Positions 40,777 through 52,790 of a stretch of DNA of 64,000 bases are shown here, piece after piece. The translations under genes were made by a program, and so were the position numbers. Source of the stretch: Callorhinchus milii (taxonomy: Eukaryota). The stretch lies in contig NW_024704742.1 of the NCBI RefSeq assembly GCF_018977255.1, positions 25,484,001 through 25,548,000 of the forward strand. The letters are read 5' to 3'. Below the pieces are notes generated by a model that was not told the origin of the DNA, did not search any database, and was given only the letters and a program-made list of their open reading frames with translations. Numbering within the stretch: position 1 is the stretch's first letter; every line of letters begins with the position of its first letter.

Positions 40777-42419
40777 TTACATGTCAAGTATTTGTTCAAA
40801 TATTCTCAATAGAAATAGTGGAAATGTATCTAATGACTCTATCTTGTTATAGTTCAAACCTTTGCTGTTCAACATTTATGTGGGACAGAATCCCAGGAAG
40901 GAATTGTGCAGGAAACATGATTGAACGATTATTTCAAAACTTTCTCAGGAGGTGAAGGACTGTTCAGCCAGAGGCTTGAGACATTTCATAGCCCATTGCC
41001 TTTAAAATTTAAGATCGCTCAGAATTTTGGAAAAAATTTCATTTCAGTCTTAAATTGACAGCCGTTCTTCCACAGTTCCTTTGAAGAACCGGCTACTCAA
41101 GTTTTTTTGTTCAGTGAAAAGTTTGTATGCTTTAAGGTTATACTGTACCAGCATTCACACTCATTATCCAGCTTAAATACATTATTTATGAAACTGAAAA
41201 CACATCCACGCTACTTCCTTCCGATAAAAACAAGGTAGCTCTGTGAGTACATTCTTGTCACTTAGAGCCCCATGGCCTAGAATTATTCTATTGCTCTTCT
41301 CTCAACTCTTTCCAGTACATCGTCTTTTCTGGAGAACCCTACAAACTGCACACCGACCAGCAATCAATACAAAGTTAATTGGATCACGCTGCTGTTATTA
41401 AGCTTCACACAGACTAGGCTTTCAGCTAATGGTAATCAATCAGAAACAGATCCTTTACCCTGTTTACTAAAAAAAAACCTTCATTGTGTACACATATCCT
41501 GTGCCAATATGCACTCTCCTGCGTACAGGGTCTAATGTCAGATTGATGGCATGGAGTTCAGCAGCGTTACTTGCACTGTGTGGTCAGTGAGGTTTAACTT
41601 CTTTTATCAGTGATTTTGATTTCTGTCAGGAGATTAATTCAGTTTGGTGGACTCGCTCCAGCAAACTGCATGGCTGTTTGGAAAGAATGGGTCTGATGAG
41701 CGAAATCTCGTTATTATACTCCAGGAAAAAAAAGCTGAGTAAGGAGTCAAAGAAAACAAAAGAAATCAATTAAAAATACCGTAGTTTGTTCTATTGAATT
41801 TTTGTCTTGTTTTTCACACAACAGAGGGTTACATAAACTGTACAGCTGTGAGTGGAAGATGTCGCTCCTGTGCATTTAAAAACAGACAAGACTGGCTGGT
41901 GGCTTTTGTCTTTGTGGTGTATTCTAAATAAGACAGTTATCAGAAAAGATATTTGGTAATGATGGGCCACATTGAACTGCATCTGAATTGATTACGATGT
42001 GAAACAGACCCCAGCGGTGGATTTGCTTTATGCCAGGGCTGACTTCGAGCCTGGTGTTCAGTGAGTTCACGCTGGATTTCGGCAGATGCTGGCTCTGTTC
42101 TGACATCAGATTGCCAACATAAATAATATGTTTCAACGTCCTCAAGGACAGAGTGCTAGATTGGCTGACCTTCATGATTTTCTCCAGAGATTAGGACTAC
42201 AGGATGCTCGACAAAGTTATTGTTCCCATAAAATGGAACAAACACTGCGCTGATTTGCCCGCACGGGTCAGAAGGAAAGGTTAATCAAGGAATTAATAGT
42301 GGATAGAAGCAAGAGGGTTTAATTTGGTGCTCAGTTTCTTGTCTTAACGAGACACATAGGATTACGCGCATAAAAGTTGAGAAATCTTTAACAATGACAG
42401 AGGCAAAGTTGATCCATGT

Positions 42420-44198
42420 CTCTTTTCAAACACAGATTAGATAGTTTTCATTTAGGAAATAACATTATAGGTTATAGCACATAGGTAGTTTGGGACATTG
42501 TGTATGCGACCTCTAGGAAGGTGGAAGGCGAACTAGAGAGAACTTGATCTTTTTTTGTCTAGCATTTCTTATGTTCTTATGCCGTATAGAGGTCAATTAC
42601 CCTCAACTATCCTTTCTACCCCACATCCGTGCCATCACCCACTCTGCCTTCCCCCACCTCCACAACATTGCCTGGCTCCGCCATTGTCTCATAGTGCAGG
42701 CCACCGAAACCCTCATACACGCTTTCATAACTTTCAGGCTTGACTTTGCAAACCCCTTGCTTGTCAGCCTCACCAACTCCTCCTTTCGTAGGCTGCAGAT
42801 CATCCAGAACACTGCAGCATGCATCCACACTAGGCTCCGTGACTCTATCATCCCCATCCTCGCCTGACTCCACTGGTTTCCCATCGCACAGAGGATATAG
42901 TTCAAGATCCTGGTCCACACCTTCAAAGCCCTCCATGGCCTCACTCCCCCCTACCTCTGTGACCTTCTAGCAACCTACCAACCTGCCCGCTCCCTCCGCT
43001 CAGCGGGCTTTAGCCTGTTTCATGTCCCCCGTCTCGCCAATCCCACCATTGGCAGACGAGCCTTCAGCCACTCTGCCCCAACCCTCTGAAACTCCATCCC
43101 ACAGTCCCTCCGCCTCGCCCCCTCCCTTGCCTCCTTCATGACCCATCTGAAGACCCTCCTCTTCCACCGTGCTTTCATTCAGCCTCCTTCCCTCCTTGCC
43201 CTCCACCCTCCCCGATCCCGACCCCCCAGCTCAGGTTTAAAATACTGATTGTCCAGCGCCTTGGGACATCCTCCCGATGTAAAAGGTGCTATACTAATGT
43301 AATTTTGTTGTTGTGTTTTATTATTCTATTAGTGAAGATTGAGTCGAACGAACTGTCACAGAATGAGTCCATTAATAAAAGCTTCAGTAATAGTCTAGGC
43401 TCACTCCAATGCAGTGCTGGGGGTGTTATAATAATAATAATAATAATCCTTGCATTGCGCTTTTCACGTCTGGAGGACATCCCAAAGCACTTCACAAAAC
43501 ACACTGTAAAGTGAATTGACTATATATTTGTGGGCGAACGCGGCAGCCAATTGCGCACAGCAATGTCCCACAAACAGTCGTGGATTGAAAATGACCAATT
43601 TATTATTGTTTTTGGTTTTGGAGGGATTATTATTAGGCTCTGTGTGGAGTAAGGAAACTTGCCCAAGGTTTCGCCCTGACCTGCCTGTGTTCTGCATTGT
43701 CACAGGATGCAATGTTAAACCAAGGTTCTGTCTGCCTGTTCAAGTGGACGTTAAAGATTAAATGGCACTACTGAACAAGAAAAGGGAGTTTCTCCCGATG
43801 TCTTGGCAAACAATCCCCCCAATGAATTCATCTCTCACCTCCTGTCTGTTTGTGGGATGTTGCTGTGTGCAAATTGGTGGCTGGGTTCACCTACAAATGC
43901 AGTCAACATTTAACAACAATAAAATAAAATTACATTTGTGTAGTGCCTTTCACATTGGGAGGATGTCCCAATAGTGGAGACGGTGGGAGCGGTAGGATTT
44001 GAATCAGGCAAGGCCAGGTCTGCAAAGGTTGAGCTGAGAGGAGTGATGGTGTAGGAGAATAGATTGGTCGACAGTGTCTAAGCAGCAGAGAGGTCGAGGA
44101 GGACAAGGAGGCAGAGAGAACCCTGGTCACAGATGTTCACAGGAAGGCAAACTAGATGGACACTGGTCTTTCTTCGTTTAGCATTTCTTATGTTCTTT
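42420..44198 (+). repeat. Composite cassette copy B, with an extra SINE (43428-43686) and a terminal short CR1 tail (44120-44198)
   Basis: Inverted match to 26661-27920. Confidence 0.88.
43428..43686 (-). mobile_element. 5'-truncated young tRNA-SINE with GTGTT target-site duplication
   Basis: gtgtt at 43423-27 and 43687-91; single empty site (aacac 27059-63) in copy A. Confidence 0.9.
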
Positions 44199-45529
44199 TG
44201 TAGGTGGAATAAGTGACAACTCAACGGCTATTACCATCACATGTGAACAATTCTAAGAACTGTTGTTTTAAGCATTGGAACAATAAAAGATGTGGCTTAT
44301 TTTGCTGGCCTTGCAACATAGTGGTGTGTTCGTCTGATGCTGTGTGAACACGGTATTAACTGTCAGCATCAGCGTTATTACAAGTGCACTATTTCAATGG
44401 GAGGACGGTAGGGTGGGTATTCTGGAGGATGAGGTAAAATGGGCTGATGAAGGGCTTCTTCCATCTGAGCCTCTTTTCATGATACAACTGGTAAGGCACT
44501 GAAATGGAAATCGCCAACACACTAAAATAGAATTTTTAGGTATCTCTGACAATATTGATACCTTGTGTTGAATTTCAGGTGAGAACTGATACTGTAACCT
44601 ACCCCAGTAGATAAATATATTTTAGTCACTATCATAACTGTCTGAGAAACATAAGTTCAGGACCATTTTCTTTTAATTTACAAAGCAGTGCTTGGGATCC
44701 ATAACATCCAAATCTGTGCTATGGTAAGATACAACAAACTGGTTTGATGCACATGTTCAAAGGGCATTTGTGCTCCCTGCATGTCAGCCGGTCCCTGTGT
44801 TAAAAAAAACGCAACTTTCAGGACATCATGTCACCATTAACGTGTTGCTGTACGTGCATAAAACAGGAAACAACGTCAGCAGGGACCTGATAACTTGGAA
44901 GTCGCTTTTTTAAGTGCAGTAAGTTAAAATGGTTGGATCACCCACCAACATCTTTCTGCTTTGCACATATTAGGAAGTGATGTCAGAGGTGACCTAATGA
45001 CCAAAAAGTGGGCTATTTTAGTGCAAAAGTTATTAAAAGCCAATCAGAGATGGGAGGCCACTATCTGACCTGTATACTGGTGAGCAGTGAGCGGGGCCCA
45101 CAGTTCAACACCGTTAGAACCAAATTCACACCAGAAAGAAATGCGTTATAGCAGGGCTGTACTGTACATTTTAATAAATCATTTAATTTACAGGTTTTGT
45201 CAATAAATTCTAAGTATCTTTTCTTTCCTCATCAAGAAGGTCATGTGCAGAACCACAACAGTATTGAGAAAAGGCAATGTAGACACTGCCTTTTCTCAAT
45301 ACTGCCAGAGAGAAATTCTGGTTTCTCTCTGGCACTACTGAGAAGTTTGGGTGCACTGCTTGGTACCATTCAGATGTGAGTAAAGTGGGTGCTGATAGAA
45401 GTAATTTGTCGTTGATTAAAGAGAAAAAAAGCTATAGATCTGATTTTTCAGGGTTAAATCCAACCTAGTTGAATTTCATTAATTGGTATAGACTGTTGTA
45501 AACAGTGGCTGTGTAAATATGGGTTATAT

Positions 45530-45900
45530 TCCCTAGAGAGTTGAAGGGGGTTAAGTAGTGATCTGTTTGGAGGCTTTAAAATAATGTTGGAAATTAACAA
45601 GCTGGATAGGGGAAACTCCTCCCTCTGTTATAGGGATGCAAAACAAGGTGACATTATCTCAGAATTAGAGCTAAACCAGTTAAAACTGAAATCAGAAACA
45701 TTTCCTCATACGGAGGACTGGGAAAATGTGAAACACCGTCTCAGAACCTAGAGATACACTATCGATTGGGATGTTAAAAAGGGAGATGGATACTTGGAAT
45801 GCAAGATATTTAAGCGTTTGAAAAATTGTCAGGGAAATAGGATAAAAATATATGGCATGATCTAATAAAGTAGCAGAACAGGCTGAATATGCTTCTGCAC
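45530..45900 (+). mobile_element. Old CR1-like 3' fragment
   Basis: aggggg ttaagtagtgatctg...aaaacaaggtgacat...cagaaacatttcctcata pattern of CR1 ORF2 end. Confidence 0.6.
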
Positions 45901-45937
45901 AAACACTTACCATATTCCCATCCCACCCCCCACTTAC

Positions 45938-46018
45938 CTCTCTAATGTCTTCATTCCCTTCTTTGACATTCTCGGTTGTACCCACAACCAATTGGTGAAT
46001 ATTGTCAATGTCTTTTTC
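45938..46018 (-). CDS. STX18: Syntaxin-18 exon (SNARE motif C-half): [27 protein letters not shown]
   Basis: cag acceptor, GAG|gtaagt donor; 81 nt, phase 0/0. Confidence 0.96.
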
Positions 46019-47459
46019 CTGCCAATAAAGAAATCAGAATTTGCATGTTTATGAATGACAAGATGAGTCACAGTTCCCATGTTAGTGATATTATTTATGT
46101 AATGTCACAGCTACAAGTAAACAAAATAAATCAAGCTGCAGGCATGTAACAAACAGAACATATTAATGGCTAGCCATCTGCTATGAAATACAACCTCACT
46201 GGAGAAACATGTGTGCCTAAACAGGGTGGAACATACAAATTGGCTTCCATCACTTAATACACATTAATGTCTATACCAGCCATTTTTTCAAATTAAACCA
46301 GGAATATCATGTAAATCAGGGGCATTCTCAAGAACAAAACTTAGTTAATGAATTGCAAGGACTTTAAAAATCAAACGTAAGCATTTTCAAAGATCATTCC
46401 ATTCCAGCATCTCTAAAATGATCTATTAGTATTTTATTGTCAAGTTGGCTGAAGCAGCATTTTAAATCAAAATAAATTTAAGAGGGAAGATACGCCTAAG
46501 GGAGTACTTTCTATTCAAACTGCTCTCCAGATATTACCATCTAAGACAATACGACTACATTGCCTAGAATGAAATAAAGACATATGGCACAGATTTATTT
46601 TAAATCTCACAGGGACCAACCATTTCAGATCTTCCTTCCTCAGCCGCTCCAATAAGATTGATCAGAGGGGCAATCTGTGTGCATCTCACATGCTCCCATT
46701 GTTTTCAAAGGGAAGCAGCTTATTGTCATGAGAGTCTATCAAAAGCCACTCAATCCCAGAGAAGCAGATCGGTCCTACTTTACACTCCGTCAGTACTGGG
46801 CATTAGACTAACATCCCTGGATGGCAGCACTGCTCACAATTCCTTATTCCTCAGCATGTTATGCATTTTGATGGAAAAGTTAAATATTTCTAGTGCCCCA
46901 GTCTTGTGGGACACCTGCACACATCCTGGAAATACATGTGTGATGGAACAATGCACTCTTTTTAAAAGGTNAAATTCTGCTATTATTTACATGTAGAGTT
47001 TGGCAGAGTTCGTCTCTGGTGCTGGGTTTTATATTGCGCTGCCTGTGTATAATAAGCTATGTTTAAAAGCTGGTGCTGACAGTTAAAGGTCACTCATTGT
47101 CCAGCCCAGCCTTTGTGTTTAAAGCTCCTAGTGTTTTCCAGGTTTGTATTTGAACTTGCTATGTATGCCATAAGCATACACACAGCTTTGTATGTTTCCT
47201 CTTCAGCTCGACTTGTGACAGCAGGAGTGCTTTGGCTGGCGGCCCATAGTGTAAACCCAGCATGATTTCACTAAGGTATAAAGCGGATATCTGTTAAAAG
47301 GGGCCCAGTTAAATCTGTTCTGATGAGCATAAAACAGAATGATAAATGGAACAGTTTCATTCTCACTGGGGTGGTCCAATTGATCGATTCAGTTCCATTG
47401 TGCAAAATAAAAATGGAAATGCTTACCTACTTACATAACATTATAAAACTCAAACTCAC

Positions 47460-47529
47460 CTGTTGCAGCACCTTCTCAGTAAAAATTTCTTGAAGTCTGG
47501 AGATTTCAACCACTTTTCCTTCGATTTGC
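47460..47529 (-). CDS. STX18: Syntaxin-18 exon (SNARE motif): (R)[23 protein letters not shown]
   Basis: Pyrimidine tract + cag acceptor, CAG|gtgagt donor; 70 nt, phase 2/0. Confidence 0.96.
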
Positions 47530-50500
47530 CTGATTTGGAAGGGGGAAGAAATAAGACTTTTTTGTTGTATTCCCCAAATAAACACAATGCTTTTGTCTGA
47601 GACGGGTTGAGAGAGCTACAATTAAGAAATATGTTTAGCTGACAGTAAAGAGTGAGAATAATAATAATCCTTGCATTTGATATAACATCTTATCACATCA
47701 TTGAGACATCTTAAAGTGCTTCATAGAATATACTGTAAAGTGAATTGACTGTTTATTTTGTGGATGAAACATGTGATGAATGAAATGCGATGAACAGGCG
47801 ATAGAACAGAACATCCCAGAGTATTGCAGAAACGATTATAGAATCTACCATTCTGCCTTATAGACGACTAAAGTCAATGCGATGCTAAGACTTCAGACTT
47901 TTGGCACTAACCTCTCCCCTTTACCCCCCCCCACCCCACCGCCCCACCCTCGACTCGGGTTGTGCAGACATCTAGGTTATGCACTTTGCGACGTACGCCT
48001 GCCGCGAAAGGCACTTTATAAATGTAAATTATATTGTAACAGTGAGAGACATATGTGTTGGGGAACAGAACTCTTCCCCTTTGCAACTACCCAGCATCAG
48101 CACCATATATTCCCAACGCCAGTGGGAGCACAAACTAGGTCAGATTAAAGGTCCCTCTGCCCCAACATTGTGCTTCAAACCCAAAACTCAGTTAACACTC
48201 TCTTATTGTGTAATCTCACCACATAATTCCATCAATAAAAAATTATCTTTGTAGCCTCGCTGAGTAAGATTGTCAATAAAGAACCAAAGTGACTTGAGCT
48301 TTGTGCTGTGGGACCCATTGTGAAATGGGTTGAGGCTGCACAGATTAAGTTCATGTCAGATCCTGCATTTGAACAGGTACATTTGTCACATTACTTTCGG
48401 GATTTGTTTAAACCAACATTCCTGCAGTGAAAGGGCAGTGCATTGTATCAACTGGGTCTATCACAGCATGATTTCTTATTGGCTCCAACTTGCCTCAACT
48501 GCTCCCTATGCATCGCTCTATCTGTCTTTATTGCTAATTTCTACCCATCTTGTTTCTATTCTTATTCTGCTGTTATCTCCATGCGTCTTACCAGAGCAGT
48601 TATGTCATTCCATACCAGTATCCACGCCACTAGCTATATCCAACTAGTAGCTCAATATATGCAAAGCATCTGATACCTTTTCCCCTCTATCTCTTGTCCT
48701 TAACTGCCTGCAGACGTTTTCATGATGCAACAAATTTCCTGGTTGCACACATCTCCAGTTTCAACAGTTCATTCTGAATGTTCCCTGCATTAGCAGCAAA
48801 GCACTTAAGCTCTATCCTGGAGCATCCTCTTATCCTCTTTTTGTACGTTTTTCTTTACTGTGAACGTTATTTCCTCCACTCAATCAGCAATAAGCGTTTA
48901 CTTGTCTATATTTATCAAAGTGTTAGCACTTCTTAGTCCATTCAAATCCAGTTAAGATGAATTGGAGTCTCTTGTTTGTATGTTTTGAACGATGGGCTTA
49001 TCTCCCCATCTGGTTATATGCACAGTGACTCTAGCTTTAATCTGGCAAAACAGGCAAAAGTAATGCTCTCACTAAAGCATATGGATCAAAAATAAAACAC
49101 TCTTAGTCGCGGATCCAGTTTTCACAGAAATGCTCTGAATTTAGTCCATAACTCAACAATCCCAGTATTTCCGCAAAGGCAAATAAAGAGTATTTGGATG
49201 AGGTTGAACCTGCATTATAATGGCGATTGCGTACAAAGTAAAATAACTCCTGTTAACCTCCGCTCATTTGTTTAATGTTCTTTTTTGAAAAAGGAGTTTA
49301 TAAAATGTGTCTCACTCTTGATCATTAACCATCTTAAAAAGATAACAAGTACATTATAAAACGACTCATTTACAATGACAGCTCCCCCACCTCCACTTAA
49401 GCATGGGAGCAGGAGGTGTCATGTTTACATACCTACTGACGTCTAGAATATACAGAGCTGGTACGAGAGAGAAGATTTTACATTTAGATATTTGTTCAGA
49501 AAATGTTTGCAATATTATCCATTTTAAAACCAACATTTGGAGGACCCTTATTTTCTGTGTTAATTTTCTCATTGCTGTAGACACTGAGTAGAGTCCTTTG
49601 TCACTTTATCCAAGTAGTCAGTTATGTCAGCCAGGCAGCAGGTAGGGGTTAGGCTATCAGATTTTGGAGAGCATCTGGTCTGAAGGAGAATACCTCCAAC
49701 CTGTGGAGGTAGAACCGGGGGGCACTTCCCCAATGAAAACGTTGAGGGAGCTGAAGTGTGTTTACTCCCCCCCGCCCGCCCCCCATGTAAAAAACTTCCG
49801 CCACAATTATTGATAGTGAGAATGGATTCATCCGAGGTGCCTCTGCTCAGGTCAAAGAAAAGGACGTTTCTCTCCCCCCTGCCCTTGTCCAGACTGCAGG
49901 CTGATGGCAGTTGCTGCTGGCTCGTTGATGTGCAAATATGATTTCATCATTGTCTGAGGAGTCACATGCCGAGCTGTCTTATCGGATGAGGCAGCCAACA
50001 GAGGGTAAGGGGTCTGAGAACTGTTCAGGGAGAAGAAGGTCTCACAGCCCTCTTAGAGCCCACTTACAAAGTAGAATTAGGAAACCGAGAAATATGCCCC
50101 TATTGCTCCAGACCAAAGCGTGGTGGATTGTCCCTAAAGCACTTGAAACATCATAGAAAATCATAGAAATTCACAGTGCAGAAGAGGATCATTTGGCCCC
50201 CCCGAGTCTGAACTGGCTCACAGAGCAAGCTGTTTATTCAATCCCACTGCCTCGCTCATATCCCCATAACCCCTGGGGGCCTTTATCTTTCATAATATAA
50301 TCAGAGTAGAAATATCTAAACCGAGTGACCCAGCACAGTTGAGTTGAGCTGAATGCCATGTTATTCAGCTCAACTCAGAAAGGAGAGGGAAGAAAAAGAC
50401 TCAAAATATGAATAGCACAGACTACAGAGAATCAGAAGGTTAAACTCAGCATCAGTGACAGGACCAACTCACTGTAACCCATTAATTATTTGTGCACCAT

Positions 50501-51983
50501 CTATGCCATTGATTATTGTACACATTCAATCCAGTAGCTCAATATTAACATATGTGAAACCCTTAAAATCCTCGAGTGTGTTTTACAAGGTGTACCATCT
50601 CCTGAATTCAAAACAAAATAAACCTCTGGAAAATTATTTCTTCTGCAATGTTGTGCTTCTCATGGGTCAATCCATTGTCACCTCACTGAATTTCACATGG
50701 AGAAAGCAGTGCTTTAACTAGATTGCAGTTACAAAATAAAAAAGAAAATATATTATTCCAGCAACGCCAATTTATTTCGTAAATAGAAACTTAATACGTT
50801 TTGCATCATGCACAAAAATGAAGTGTTCTGTCACCGGAGACTGCTTTTTGGAAGCAACAGTAAATTCTGAGTTGGGGGGAGATTAAATCCTGCACTATGC
50901 CAGAAATTCATACAATCTAAACACTTAAAAGTGCTAGAGGCTATAACCACACAGCGAGCTCCACATGACAAACTGTAAATTTTTTTTAATAAACACAAAA
51001 ATATAATTACAGCAATAAAGCCAGTATGTCAGACCTCAATATAAGAATCAAAGCCAAAGGTCTTTCTACTTGATAAATGCATGGCAGGAGTGCTGTCTGC
51101 AGTCTTAACTTTGATAATTACTGTCCTTGACCTCAGTGTAAATTCTAAAGTCAGTGGCGTCAAGATCATTGAACTGTTATTGTGTGTCAGCCTTCGAGCA
51201 AAATAGGTTTCAGGTTTTTTTTTCCCCTGGAGCACATTGACCCTCTCCCATTATTATTATTGGATTATTATGTGCTTTATGATAATGCATGTCATAATCC
51301 ATCAATGTTTGGCCATGTGGTGTAATCTCTTAACATAATGGACTAGCAGATCAGTAGCACGTTATCCGATTTCACTGTATAATCTTTTATTTTATCAGAA
51401 TTGAATTTAGTTTGGTTCACATCATTGTGCTGCTGTTAAGCATGTCCTTTTTTTAAAAAAGTTTTTTTTTGTGTGCTCATTAGTTTTGAGCTCACTTTTT
51501 AAGTAAAAATATTTTCAACTGAGGAACTGATGTAAAATAGGTCTGCGGGAAGTTGGGAACAGCAGGCACCATCGTGAATCCCATTGCATTGATCATACAC
51601 TGCCTGGAAAACCTAGATGAAGCTGCAGGTGAGGAAAGTATATCTATATAAACACAAAATGCAGACCACAGTCTACTCAGCCTCTCATTATAGCTAAACC
51701 CCTTCAGCCCAGGAATTAATCCAGTAAAGTATCACTGGATACCCACCAAGGCTAGTACCTGTACATCCCTCCTAACATTGAGAGCCCAAAACTCAACATA
51801 ATACTTCAAATGAGGTCTCTGTTATCATTTACCCTTCCTAGTGTTTTTCCATTTCGAACATTTGCCAGAACCTTATTCTTATTAAACTCCATCTGCCATA
51901 ATTGCAGCCACTCTTAATCTTGTCTATGTCTCTACAACAACAACAAAATTACATTTGTATAGCGTCTTTCACGTCGGGTGGAT

Positions 51984-52313
51984 AATAATAATAATAATAA
52001 TAATAATCCTTGCATTTGATATAGCGCTTTTCACGTCGGGAGGACGTCCCAAAGCGCTTCACAGAACACACTGTAAAGTGAATTGACTGTATATTTGTGG
52101 GCGAACGCGGCAGCCAATTGTGCACAGCAATGTCCCACAAACAGTCGTAGATTGAAAATGACCAATTTATTATTGTTTTTGGTTTTGGAGGGATTATTAT
52201 TAGGCTCTGTGTGGAGTAAGGAAACTTGCCCAAGGTTTCGCCCTGCCTGGAATTGAACTCAGGTCTCTCGCTTGCAAAGCGAGTGCTCTAACCACTGAGC
52301 TACAGGACTCCAC
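51984..52313 (-). mobile_element. Full-length young tRNA(Ala-like)-derived SINE nested in an L2 tail
   Basis: A box TAGCTCAGTGG, B box GAGTTCAATTCC, anticodon-like stem CTCGC-TTTGCAA-GCGAG, (ATT)n tail; tggat repeated at 51979-83 and 52317-21. Confidence 0.93.
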
Positions 52314-52514
52314 AAATGGATGTCCTAAGGCGCTGGACAATCAGTGTTTTGGATCTGAGCTGGTGGTCGGGATCGGGGAGGGTGGAGGGCAGGTTGACCG
52401 AAGGCACAGTCGAAGAGGATGTCGATGTTTTTGTCGACGATGAGGTCTTGGACAGTCTACAACTGTCCTCTTCAGAATTCACTCTCCTAGCATGGTACTA
52501 TCTGCAAATTTAAT

Positions 52515-52790
52515 ATAATAATTCTTGCATTTGATATAGTGCCTTGTCACACAGTTGAGATGTATTAAAGTGCTTCACAGGACCTACTGTAAAGTGGATT
52601 GACTGTGTATTTTGTGGGCAAACGTGCAGTTAGTTGAGCACAGCAATGTCCCACAAACAGCCACGGAGTGGGTGACCAATTTTATTTGGATGACTGTTGG
52701 CCAGGATACACAGAGAAACTCCCTTCTCTTTTCAAAAAGTGCCATGAGACCTTAAACATCTGCCTGAGCAGGAAGGCAGGACCTTGGACA
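52515..52790 (-). mobile_element. Deu-domain SINE 3' half
   Basis: Tail + gagaaactcccttctcttttcaaaaagtgccatg. Confidence 0.8.

Noticed and set aside
46971..46971. Single N base
   Set aside because: Assembly ambiguity, not biology.
48640..48830. Minus-strand peptide LKCFAANAGNIQNELLKLE as an extra STX18 exon
   Set aside because: The flanking STX18 exons already join in frame; it resembles a decayed CR1 endonuclease N-terminus.
52240..52313. tRNA-Ala-like gene (also ~2774-2845 and ~16050-16121)
   Set aside because: Continues directly into a SINE body and (ATT)n tail with no proper acceptor stem or poly-T terminator; these are SINE heads.
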